Below, piece by piece: positions 23,820 to 32,989 of a DNA stretch of 64,000 nt. The stretch is from NCBI GenBank assembly GCA_020631975.1, contig JACKGO010000008.1, forward strand, positions 72,446-136,445, read 5' to 3'. Source of the stretch: Candidatus Nomurabacteria bacterium (GTDB lineage: Bacteria > Patescibacteriota > Saccharimonadia > Saccharimonadales > CAIOMD01). Below the pieces are notes generated by a model. It was not told the origin of the DNA. It did no database searches and saw only the letters and a list, made by a program, of their open reading frames with translations. A program made the translations under genes and the position numbers. Every line of letters begins with the position of its first letter. The stretch's first letter is position 1.

Positions 23820-24677
23820 ATGTACCCAGATCAACAAAATCAACAACCAGTTGCACAAAATCAGTATGGACCGCCGGCTGCCGGGATGCCTCAACCTGGC
23901 GCACCCGTTGTAGGGCAGATGTCGGCATCTTCCAACGAAGCCGCCACTGCGCCCAAAAGCAACCCAAATAGTACCCAAAACGTGCTACAAATTGCAGAAA
24001 TAAGAGACGGCGTGGCCATTATGAATGATGGGTCGTTTAGGTCGGTACTAATGTGCCGGAGCATTAATTTTGACCTTATGAGCCCAGAAGAACGCGAAGG
24101 CGTAGAATACGCCTACCAAAACTTTTTAAATTCGCTGTATTTTGAAGTTCAAATACTCGTTAGGTCAAGTAAAGTAGACATTCGGCCATACCTAGAAAAA
24201 TTAGATAAAATACGCTCCGAGCACGACAACATGCTCCTAGGTGTTTTGATGGAAGATTACATAAACTACATAGCAGCGCTCGCCGACCAAACCAATATAA
24301 TGGATAAAAAGTTTTACATTGCTATTCCGTTTTACAGCAGCCTAGACACCCGAAAGGTTGCCCAAGCCAGCAAAAGTGTACTTACAACCATATTTGGCCA
24401 CAAAGAACAGGTAGTAACGATAGACGAAGCCACCTTAGAGGCTGCCAAAACAGAACTGAAAAACCGAGCCCAAACGGTGCTTTCTGGGCTCATGCAATGT
24501 GGTGTACAAGGTGCTGCACTAGATACCCAAGAACTAATTGAGCTTTATTATGACGCCTACAACCCAGATACTGCCACCCGCCAGCCCCTAAAAAACTTTG
24601 CAGATTTAACTGCGCCGGTGGTAACTAAAGGGCAAGGTAATGCTGCCCAGCCAAACCTAGATAGGGAGATGCAATAA
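23820..24677 (+). CDS. T4SS-associated protein resembling a VirB4 N-terminal domain; Q/P-rich N-terminus (285 aa)
   Basis: IAEIRDGVAIMNDGSFRSVLMCRSINFDLMSPEEREGVEYAYQNFLNSLYFEVQILV pattern. Stop abuts the virB4 start. Confidence 0.4.
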   Translation: MYPDQQNQQPVAQNQYGPPAAGMPQPGAPVVGQMSASSNEAATAPKSNPNSTQNVLQIAEIRDGVAIMNDGSFRSVLMCRSINFDLMSPEEREGVEYAYQNFLNSLYFEVQILVRSSKVDIRPYLEKLDKIRSEHDNMLLGVLMEDYINYIAALADQTNIMDKKFYIAIPFYSSLDTRKVAQASKSVLTTIFGHKEQVVTIDEATLEAAKTELKNRAQTVLSGLMQCGVQGAALDTQELIELYYDAYNPDTATRQPLKNFADLTAPVVTKGQGNAAQPNLDREMQ

Positions 24678-26555
24678 ATGGGTCTTTTTAAGAAAAAAAA
24701 GCAGCAGCTTGACCCTGTGGCGCTTGCCGAACAACAACGTTTGCAAGAACAACAAGAAGTTCAGGCGGCATTCCAAAAAGGTGTTACTGCACTCCGTGAC
24801 TTTATTGCACCAAGTAGTATTGAATTTAGTAGTAGTTATTTTCAGATTGGTACCCGTTTTGCACGGACTTACTACGTTTTTGGCTACCCCAGGCAAATAC
24901 ACACAGGCTGGATAAGTAGCTTTGTAAATATAGACGAAGTAGTCGATTTATCGTTATTTATTTACCCGGTAGAAAGCCAAGTTGTACTAGAAAACCTACG
25001 TAAAAAAGTATCACAGCTAGAGGCTGGCCTACAAATAGATGCCGAAAAAGGTAGGGTACGCGACCCAGGTAAACAAGCCGCCATACTAGACGCAGAAGAA
25101 CTGCGCGATAAACTACAGGTTGGTGAAGAAAAGTTCTTTCGGTTTGGTATGTATTTTACCGTGTATGGCAACTCGCTAGATGAACTCGATTTTGTAAGCC
25201 ACAAGATAGAATCTATGCTTGGCCAACAGTTGGTGTTTAGTAAACCTGCCAGCGCCCAGCAAGAACAAGGTCTAAACAGCACAATTCCACAATTTGTAGA
25301 TCAGTTGCAAATTAGAAGAAATATGAACACCGGCGCTATTGGCACCAGTTTTCCGTTTACCAGTGCCGATTTAAGTGACGATCACGGTATTTTATATGGC
25401 ATAAATATGCACAACAGTGGCTTGGTGATATTTGACCGCTTTAGCCTAGAAAATGGCAATAGCGTTGTATTTGCTAAATCTGGTGCAGGGAAAAGCTTTG
25501 CCGTAAAGCTAGAGGCTTTGCGTAGCCTTATGTTGGGTGTAGAAATATTTATTGTAGACCCAGAAAACGAATATGAACGTATGAGTGAAGCAGTTGGTGG
25601 GGCATACGTAAAACTCAGCCTAAATTCGCCAACCCGTATTAACCCGTTTGATTTACCACTAGTCGTAGATACAGAAGAAGCAGATAATGCCTTGCGCAGT
25701 AACCTTATAACCTTACATGGACTGTTGCGTTTGATGATGGGTGGTGCACAAGCCCAAATGGCCGCCAGCCAAGGTTCGGTGGTTGCACCAGCGCTTAACC
25801 CAACAGAAGAAGCAGATTTAGACGCCGCGCTATTAGAAACCTACGCTAAAGCGGGTATCACCAACGACCCATTAACCCATAACAGTACCCCGCCAACCAT
25901 CCACGATTTATACGACACCTTGCTGCATATGGGGGGCACAGGTCCACAACTTGCCCAGCGACTACGCAAATATACCACTGGTACGTTTTCTGGTATTTTT
26001 AGCCAGCAAAGTAACGTAGATATTAACAACCCGTTTGTCGTGTTTAATATTCGTGACCTAGAAGATGAACTACGCCCCGTGGCAATGTATATTGTGCTTA
26101 ATTACATTTGGAATAAAACAAAGTCAGATCAAAAAAGGCGAATGCTAGTAATAGACGAAGCCTGGCAACTGATGAAATACGAAGATAGCGCCAGTTTTAT
26201 GTTTAGCTTAGCTAAAAGAGCCCGTAAGTATAATTTAGGAATCACCACTATTTCGCAGGATGTAGAAGACTTTATGAGTTCACGCCTTGGGCGGGCCATT
26301 GTGGCTAATGCATCTATGCAAATTTTACTAAAACAATCTGTAAGTGCCGTAGACGTATTGGCAGATGTCTTTAAGCTCACATCAGAAGAAAAAAAGCGCC
26401 TCAGCCAGTTCCCGGTTGGGCAAGGACTCTTCTTTGCTGGGCAAAGTCACGTGCATATACAAATTGCTGCCAGCCCATCAGAAACAAGCCTTATAACAAC
26501 CAACCCAGAACAAATAAAACTACTCGAAGACCAAGGCCAAATACCCGTCAGATAA
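24678..26555 (+). CDS. virB4: VirB4/TrsE-family T4SS ATPase (625 aa)
   Basis: Walker A FAKSGAGKSF, Walker B MLVIDEAWQL. N-terminal YFQIGTRFARTYYVFGYPRQIHTGWIS typical of VirB4/TrsE. Confidence 0.9.
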   Translation: MGLFKKKKQQLDPVALAEQQRLQEQQEVQAAFQKGVTALRDFIAPSSIEFSSSYFQIGTRFARTYYVFGYPRQIHTGWISSFVNIDEVVDLSLFIYPVESQVVLENLRKKVSQLEAGLQIDAEKGRVRDPGKQAAILDAEELRDKLQVGEEKFFRFGMYFTVYGNSLDELDFVSHKIESMLGQQLVFSKPASAQQEQGLNSTIPQFVDQLQIRRNMNTGAIGTSFPFTSADLSDDHGILYGINMHNSGLVIFDRFSLENGNSVVFAKSGAGKSFAVKLEALRSLMLGVEIFIVDPENEYERMSEAVGGAYVKLSLNSPTRINPFDLPLVVDTEEADNALRSNLITLHGLLRLMMGGAQAQMAASQGSVVAPALNPTEEADLDAALLETYAKAGITNDPLTHNSTPPTIHDLYDTLLHMGGTGPQLAQRLRKYTTGTFSGIFSQQSNVDINNPFVVFNIRDLEDELRPVAMYIVLNYIWNKTKSDQKRRMLVIDEAWQLMKYEDSASFMFSLAKRARKYNLGITTISQDVEDFMSSRLGRAIVANASMQILLKQSVSAVDVLADVFKLTSEEKKRLSQFPVGQGLFFAGQSHVHIQIAASPSETSLITTNPEQIKLLEDQGQIPVR

Positions 26556-26636
26556 GATATGGTAACCAGATTCTGTACCATGCGCATTCATCGTGTTTAT
26601 GGTATACTATAAGAGAAAATTGGGTAAACAACTCGC

Positions 26637-29573
26637 ATGCCAAAAACACTAACAAATCCAGACAACAAAGAAGGTACAAATAGCGACCCTAAAGAGGGTC
26701 AATTTGATGATAGTTATTGGGAAAATAAGTTTCGATCTCCCGCTATAGATGATTCTGATAAAAACATTTCTAGTTCTAGTTCTGCACAAGGTGATTCATC
26801 TCTTGCAGAAACAGAAACCCAACAAGAATCAGCTAACTCTAATTCTTTATACTCGACAGACGATAGTGAATCACAATTCATTCGTTCATCAATGAAAGAA
26901 AAAAGTAAGTTTTATTTCGCATTAATCAAAAAGAGAAAATCACTCCTATTTATTTTTGCAATAGCTGTTCCAACACTGGCATTTGTTGTAGGTTCGCTTG
27001 GACCGCTTAAATTTCTGCATATGTCCGAAATGCTCCAAGATCTTAGTTTTAGTAACCAAGAGATATCTATGTCTCATAGAATCCGTAATTTAGTCGTATA
27101 TTCACAGCTAGCTAGAGGTGGCGATGGAAAGCTTGAAAATACTCGATTAGGCACAATAGAAGCTTATAGAGCTGGGAAAATAGATAAAAAATTAGCAAAA
27201 AGTGGCCTGAAAATGGAATATTCGAGACCAGGGGGCAAATTTGAAAGGATTACACTTAATTTAGATGACATGCCTGATGATTTAAAACAAGATTTAAAAG
27301 GTGTAAAATCTGATGCTGACAGGAATGCAAAAATTGCCAAAAAGTTTGGTGTAGATATTAAATCAATTGAAAGATCCGGGAATGTGATATCAATTAAAGC
27401 TGGTGGTACGTTCAATAATCGTACAATAATACATAAAATGCTGGCTATTTCGCCTGATTTTGATAAAAGAGCTGCTGCGTGGGCTGCGAGACCATTGATA
27501 AAAAGGTCGAACGCGACTTATAATCCTAATACCAAAATAAGAGAAGCTGTAAAATCGTCTGCCGCTGAAACATATAAGAAGTTTCAAGACAGTCGCAGGG
27601 CACGACTAGCAAGTGCAACTAAGGATGTTGACCTTCATGGTAAGAGTGGTAGTAAATTGTTTAAGGAAATAGCGTCAAAAACAGTGACTTCGGTAGGTCA
27701 GATTGTGACTGAAGCAGGCACGATAATTGGTGCAGTTGTAGCGGTCGTACAGCTAAGTTGCACTGTTCGTGATTCTGCTGACCAAATAGCAAATATACAA
27801 ACTCTTAATAAGGTAATGCCAATGATGAATGCTGCAAACGAACTTATTTCAGTTGCTAGTAAAATGAAAGCAGGTGATGATATTGATTCAGAGTTTTTAA
27901 ATAATTACAGCAAAAATTTTAATTCTTCTGACAATGGGGTTGATGGCAACTGGAATAACGCTACTTTAATAAAGTACGCAAACAGCGTAAGCAGTGGTGT
28001 TCCTATTAATGATGACTATGAAACGGAGCAGACGTTTCAACGATATCCCGAACTTGATCCAAATAATAAAAAATTCATTCAGAAGGCAAACAATATTATT
28101 GAATTTGCTGACACCCAATACAATCAAGCAATGCTATCAATACCTATGTTTGGACAAATTATACAAGCATATAACGCTTTACCTTTGGACGATATAAAAC
28201 CCACTGATTTAAGTTGTGGTGTGGTTAATTTGCCTGGCGATATATTAATGAAAGTAGTAGATACAGTTGGAGGTTATAGCCCTCTTTATCAAATCGTTAA
28301 AGGGAAGTTCGAAGAATTGGGTAATGCAATAATTGGCTGGATTGCTGGTTCTGCAATTGACTTAACTGAAGATAAATATGCTGGAGCACCCTATGCAGAA
28401 GCGGTATTCTTGGGTGGAAGATATATGGCGAATGAATCGTCTATGAGTATGGGTGGGCAACCATTAACTGATGCGCAAGAGGTTAAACAAAACGAGATTG
28501 TAAGAGAGTATAGAGCCATTAATGACGAGCGCAATTTTATTGCAAAAATGTTTGATATTAAAGATTACCGTAGTCCGGCAGCACAAGTAGCAAGCAGTAT
28601 TTATGCACAAGACTCTCTTGAAACAGTAGCAGCTATTCCTCAAAGAACATTGTCCAATATTAATAGTGTGTTATTTAAAAAAGTAAACGCCGCACCACCG
28701 CCATCACAAGTATTTTATGGCGTCCCTATGGTTGGTTTTGATCTAGATAGATTAGATAAAGATGCATATGAAAACCCTTATATAAATGCCGAGTATGTAT
28801 ACGATAACTTAAGTAATGATCCTGATAAAAAAGCTCATTTCGAAGAATGCACCGGAATAGAAATAACTGCCAATTATGACTTTATAACACACTCGTACGA
28901 AGACGAAAATAATCCTACCGCTTTATATCTACAACCAGATTATGAATCTAGATGTAAAGACATGGATACAGATGAAGTATTGTTTCGTACTAGATTACTC
29001 GCATTTGACACCCTAACACTAAAAAGCTTTAGTTGTCTCGAGTTTGATGATGAAGAATCATGCAAAGAATTATTACCCTACGACACCAACAACGAAGACA
29101 CTGGCGACGGCGAGGAAGACTCACAAGATAAATTTGTTTGGCCGCTCAAAACCGACATTAAAATTAACTCGTGCTTTAATCAACCCCTGAGTAAAGGACC
29201 CCACCCTGGACTGGACTTTTATGCAAACATGAACACACCCGTATTTGCAGTCGCCAGCGGCGAGGTTGTCGGCCAATTAGGCGGTTCATACGGCATAGTT
29301 GAAATCAAACACAATGATGAACTTTACTCTGTATACGAACACTTGAGCAGCATTGATGTAAGAAAGGGGCAAAAAGTAGACACGGGGCAAAAAATTGGCT
29401 CATCGGGCCAGACCGGATCACCTGGTGCTCCGCATCTACACTTTGGGTTTACAAAAGATGTAAGCGTATTTGCGTACGCACAAATGGGTCAAGGGAAGAT
29501 AATTAACCCGCTTAGGTATTTAAATGACAACCAAGACTATAAACAGTGCTCAGCAAAGCCGGAAATTCAATGA
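26637..29573 (+). CDS. 978-aa membrane-anchored protein with C-terminal M23 (LytM-type) peptidase domain
   Basis: TM at about residue 100 (LLFIFAIAVPTLAFVVG). C-terminal HPGLDF...EHLSS...GSPGAPHLHFG M23 metallopeptidase motifs. Confidence 0.8.
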   Translation: MPKTLTNPDNKEGTNSDPKEGQFDDSYWENKFRSPAIDDSDKNISSSSSAQGDSSLAETETQQESANSNSLYSTDDSESQFIRSSMKEKSKFYFALIKKRKSLLFIFAIAVPTLAFVVGSLGPLKFLHMSEMLQDLSFSNQEISMSHRIRNLVVYSQLARGGDGKLENTRLGTIEAYRAGKIDKKLAKSGLKMEYSRPGGKFERITLNLDDMPDDLKQDLKGVKSDADRNAKIAKKFGVDIKSIERSGNVISIKAGGTFNNRTIIHKMLAISPDFDKRAAAWAARPLIKRSNATYNPNTKIREAVKSSAAETYKKFQDSRRARLASATKDVDLHGKSGSKLFKEIASKTVTSVGQIVTEAGTIIGAVVAVVQLSCTVRDSADQIANIQTLNKVMPMMNAANELISVASKMKAGDDIDSEFLNNYSKNFNSSDNGVDGNWNNATLIKYANSVSSGVPINDDYETEQTFQRYPELDPNNKKFIQKANNIIEFADTQYNQAMLSIPMFGQIIQAYNALPLDDIKPTDLSCGVVNLPGDILMKVVDTVGGYSPLYQIVKGKFEELGNAIIGWIAGSAIDLTEDKYAGAPYAEAVFLGGRYMANESSMSMGGQPLTDAQEVKQNEIVREYRAINDERNFIAKMFDIKDYRSPAAQVASSIYAQDSLETVAAIPQRTLSNINSVLFKKVNAAPPPSQVFYGVPMVGFDLDRLDKDAYENPYINAEYVYDNLSNDPDKKAHFEECTGIEITANYDFITHSYEDENNPTALYLQPDYESRCKDMDTDEVLFRTRLLAFDTLTLKSFSCLEFDDEESCKELLPYDTNNEDTGDGEEDSQDKFVWPLKTDIKINSCFNQPLSKGPHPGLDFYANMNTPVFAVASGEVVGQLGGSYGIVEIKHNDELYSVYEHLSSIDVRKGQKVDTGQKIGSSGQTGSPGAPHLHFGFTKDVSVFAYAQMGQGKIINPLRYLNDNQDYKQCSAKPEIQ

Positions 29574-29613
29574 TATCCTATGAACAACTACATCAAATTA
29601 TTAAATAGAAATT

Positions 29614-31428
29614 ATGAAAGTCACTCAAACCAGTATGAAAATATCTAGAATTATTCAATTTATTGTGCTGGCGGTTTTTGTTTTTAGTTTAGGATTAAAC
29701 ACGGCTTATGCCGAAGACAAACCTACTACCCAAGACATGATAAATAAAGGCATTTATTATTATGACCCGGTTGTTGCATGCATTGACCCAGACGAAGCAG
29801 ATGAAGCACAGGAAGTTGGATCTGTGTTGTTTGTAGGCGATTCAATTTTGGTCGGAACACAAGATGCAATAAAAAATAAACTAATCGATCAAAATATCGC
29901 AAGCGATAGAATAATCTTTGACGGTGAAGTATCTCGCTCTATCAACAAAAAAGGCCAAAGTGATGGGGAGAGCGGCATAGACGCATTAAAGAAAAACAAA
30001 AATATAATAAAAAATGCCAATACGGTAGTTGTTGAATTGGGTACAAATGGCGGCATTCAAAAAGACGATGTAAAGAAATTGATTGATACAATAAAAGATA
30101 TTAATAAAAAGGCAAGCATATATTGGGTTAATATTGGTGTAACACGTGATGATTTGGATAAAATAGAAAAGGATAGCAACAAAGTACTAGATGACACTTA
30201 TAAAGATCAAGGGTTTACTATCATAGACTGGGCACAAGAGGTAACTAACGCAAACAAGCAATCAATTACACTACTGGAGGATGGTGTACACACGAATGAA
30301 AAAGGTAAGAATGCTCTGGCTGAAATCATAACAAATAAAATTAAAGATAGCGCTACTCAGCCGCTTTCATCATTTAGCTTGAACACGAACTATAACACTA
30401 AAACCACAACCGGTCGTGCTGCAAAAATATGGGCCTATTTAACAAGTGACGAAGGTCTACAATTAACGCCAGTCCAGGCAGCCGGTGCTTTGGGTAACCT
30501 CGAGCAAGAAAACTCGTTATTTCACCCAAAGGTTACCCAAGGTGGCGGCAGATCAAATGAGGTCATTGTGGATGGTTCAACCGGATATGGAATTATGCAA
30601 TGGACTAGCTCAGGTAGACAGCAGGGATTAAAAAGTCATGCCGAAAAAATAGGTAAAAGTTCTGGTACTCTTGACGCTCAACTGTCCTACATAAAACATG
30701 AACTTAATAATGGCTATGAAAGTACCCTAGATCGTTTAAAAGAAGTTAAAGACGACCCTATAGAAGCCGCCTTTGTATGGCATGGTGCTGGTAATTTTAA
30801 CATCCCGGGATTAACACCAACACCCGGCTTTGAGAGCTCTGGTGACACCGAGAGTGTAGTCAGAACCGAAAGGGGCGGTAGTGCAAAAAAATGGCTTAAT
30901 AAATTTGGCGATAAAAATTTGCAATACTCCTCAGATGATACCGATTGTTACCAGTCAATAGACAACTCAGATATCGGCGTAGAGGGTTCAAAAATTTACA
31001 CCGACAGCCCTATGTCAATACCAAAAGGTAAGCAAGTCGCCGAACAAGCCAAGCGCTGGGCAAAAAACGACCCTAATTGCGGCTTTCACGGCAGCAATGG
31101 TTGCACAAGGCAGTGCCTGGGTATTGTTTCTGATTTATGGAAATCAGTCGGTAAGGGTATGGTGAGTGGTGAAACTGCCTGGGACGCCTATAAAAGATAC
31201 AGAGACAATGGTTGGGTCAACAAAAATAAAGAAATACCAATCGGCGCTATTATGTGGTCTGCAGAAAAGGGTAACGAAGGAGACGGCCATGCCTACACTT
31301 ACATTGGGAATGGTTTAATTGCATCCAACGATATAGAAGAATCTGGGAAATACTCAATAGTATCAGCGGATGAAATAGAAAAAAAGTGGGGACATACGTT
31401 CTATGGATGGAGTGAGTGGCATGGATAA
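29614..31428 (+). CDS. secreted three-domain cell-wall hydrolase: SGNH esterase, phage-tail-lysozyme-like domain, NlpC/P60- or CHAP-like domain
   Basis: Signal peptide. LFVGDSILVG and EDGVHTN (SGNH blocks I and V). AAGALGNLEQENS...GYGIMQWT (lysozyme-like). NGCTRQC...DGHAYTYIG (Cys/His papain-like). Confidence 0.7.
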   Translation: MKVTQTSMKISRIIQFIVLAVFVFSLGLNTAYAEDKPTTQDMINKGIYYYDPVVACIDPDEADEAQEVGSVLFVGDSILVGTQDAIKNKLIDQNIASDRIIFDGEVSRSINKKGQSDGESGIDALKKNKNIIKNANTVVVELGTNGGIQKDDVKKLIDTIKDINKKASIYWVNIGVTRDDLDKIEKDSNKVLDDTYKDQGFTIIDWAQEVTNANKQSITLLEDGVHTNEKGKNALAEIITNKIKDSATQPLSSFSLNTNYNTKTTTGRAAKIWAYLTSDEGLQLTPVQAAGALGNLEQENSLFHPKVTQGGGRSNEVIVDGSTGYGIMQWTSSGRQQGLKSHAEKIGKSSGTLDAQLSYIKHELNNGYESTLDRLKEVKDDPIEAAFVWHGAGNFNIPGLTPTPGFESSGDTESVVRTERGGSAKKWLNKFGDKNLQYSSDDTDCYQSIDNSDIGVEGSKIYTDSPMSIPKGKQVAEQAKRWAKNDPNCGFHGSNGCTRQCLGIVSDLWKSVGKGMVSGETAWDAYKRYRDNGWVNKNKEIPIGAIMWSAEKGNEGDGHAYTYIGNGLIASNDIEESGKYSIVSADEIEKKWGHTFYGWSEWHG

Positions 31429-32989
31429 CAATATCTATATAAGCAGTACTAATAGTAATCCAAAAAACCATACTCTATCGTTAATTATTAAAATTGTTGT
31501 TTCAATAATAGTATTATCAGTAGTTTTAATTATATTGTTTTTCATAAGCACTAGGGGTTATTTAAGTGTAACTTCAAATAACACAAAAGTATCCCTGTCT
31601 TTAGTTAATCAATTTAGTCAAAAAGATGTAGGAAATTATACTGATGGCAATAAAATGCTCATAAAGAAAAACGACTACACGCTTTTGGTACATAGTGCTA
31701 ATAAATCATATATTAGCAGCGTTAATACCAAAGGGTTTTTTCAACACACTAACGTTAATGCTCAATTAACACCGTCAGTTAAATCCAGCGTCATCGCAAC
31801 AAATCCATATCAATGTACATTTACCATGAACGATATTGTTTATAGTCATTGGTGTTTAGACAATTCAGAATATGATGGTCAAAACAATCAAGAAACTTCG
31901 CTGAAAAAACAGTATTTTGACAGCACTAACGAGGTAATACAAACTAAAGATTTTGTGTTTTTATCAAATAACCAAAAACTGTTAAGTCTGGCGCAAGTAA
32001 GCAAAAATGAAGTTTGGATGATAATAAAAACTTACCCAGTTGTGGACGATGCCGAAACGTCTCAAGAACCGTTTATTGAATTAAGAAAATATATTAATGG
32101 TGACTTTGGATCGCCGATTGACACACGAAGCATTGATAGTATCGAGTTAGGTAATATTAAACCTTATCAAGAAGGCTATGTTCTATATAGTAAAGATTCC
32201 GTGACTGCATACTATCTTGAAAGCTTTGACTCCACGATGCAACCAATATCATTTGAACAATTACCTAAACTAGACGACTATGGTTTTGATATTGTTGTTG
32301 CCGGAGATTACATAACATACTATTACAAAAATAGGCTTAGAGATTCAGGGTCGGATAATAAACCACAAAAACTATCAATTAGCAGTGTTTATAAATTAAA
32401 AGAAAAAAATACATATATAACAAACTATGAGTATACGTCCGCATTTGTTTGCCAGAAAGATACGTTATGCATATTCCTTAAGGATAAAAGTGAGTTCATT
32501 ATTCAAAATAATAGTAGTCGTACTTTATTCAAAGTTTCTGATTACTTGCCTTATAAAAATAAAGTGATTTTAAACATGATGAATAATGTTGTTATATATG
32601 ACATAGAAACTAATAGTGGTTTTATTGCTTATGAGGGTAGCTCTGATACCAATATATGTGGCATGCAAGTAACTTTAGACTCCATTAGGACATGTGTGGA
32701 TTCTGAATTAACAGATGATACATATGCATTACAATTAGATACTTCGCAATCAGAAACAGTTAATTTATTACATGGCCTGGGCGTTATAAGTAAAAACAAT
32801 CATGTAGATTATGTATCAGCTATTGGCAATACAATCATTATTAACACCAATATCATTGCTGAATATAATGAGGATACTAAAACATACAAAACTGATGCTA
32901 GTGAAAAAGATTATGCAACAAAACTTATCATGCAAAGTGTGTCGGATGCCGGTATAGATCCAAGTCTATACAATATTGTTATAAACTGA
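31403..32989 (+). CDS. membrane-anchored hypothetical protein (528 aa; alternative start at 31421)
   Basis: N-terminal TM (LSLIIKIVVSIIVLSVVLIILFFI). Visibly AT-rich. No recognisable motif. Confidence 0.55.
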   Translation: MDGVSGMDNNIYISSTNSNPKNHTLSLIIKIVVSIIVLSVVLIILFFISTRGYLSVTSNNTKVSLSLVNQFSQKDVGNYTDGNKMLIKKNDYTLLVHSANKSYISSVNTKGFFQHTNVNAQLTPSVKSSVIATNPYQCTFTMNDIVYSHWCLDNSEYDGQNNQETSLKKQYFDSTNEVIQTKDFVFLSNNQKLLSLAQVSKNEVWMIIKTYPVVDDAETSQEPFIELRKYINGDFGSPIDTRSIDSIELGNIKPYQEGYVLYSKDSVTAYYLESFDSTMQPISFEQLPKLDDYGFDIVVAGDYITYYYKNRLRDSGSDNKPQKLSISSVYKLKEKNTYITNYEYTSAFVCQKDTLCIFLKDKSEFIIQNNSSRTLFKVSDYLPYKNKVILNMMNNVVIYDIETNSGFIAYEGSSDTNICGMQVTLDSIRTCVDSELTDDTYALQLDTSQSETVNLLHGLGVISKNNHVDYVSAIGNTIIINTNIIAEYNEDTKTYKTDASEKDYATKLIMQSVSDAGIDPSLYNIVIN

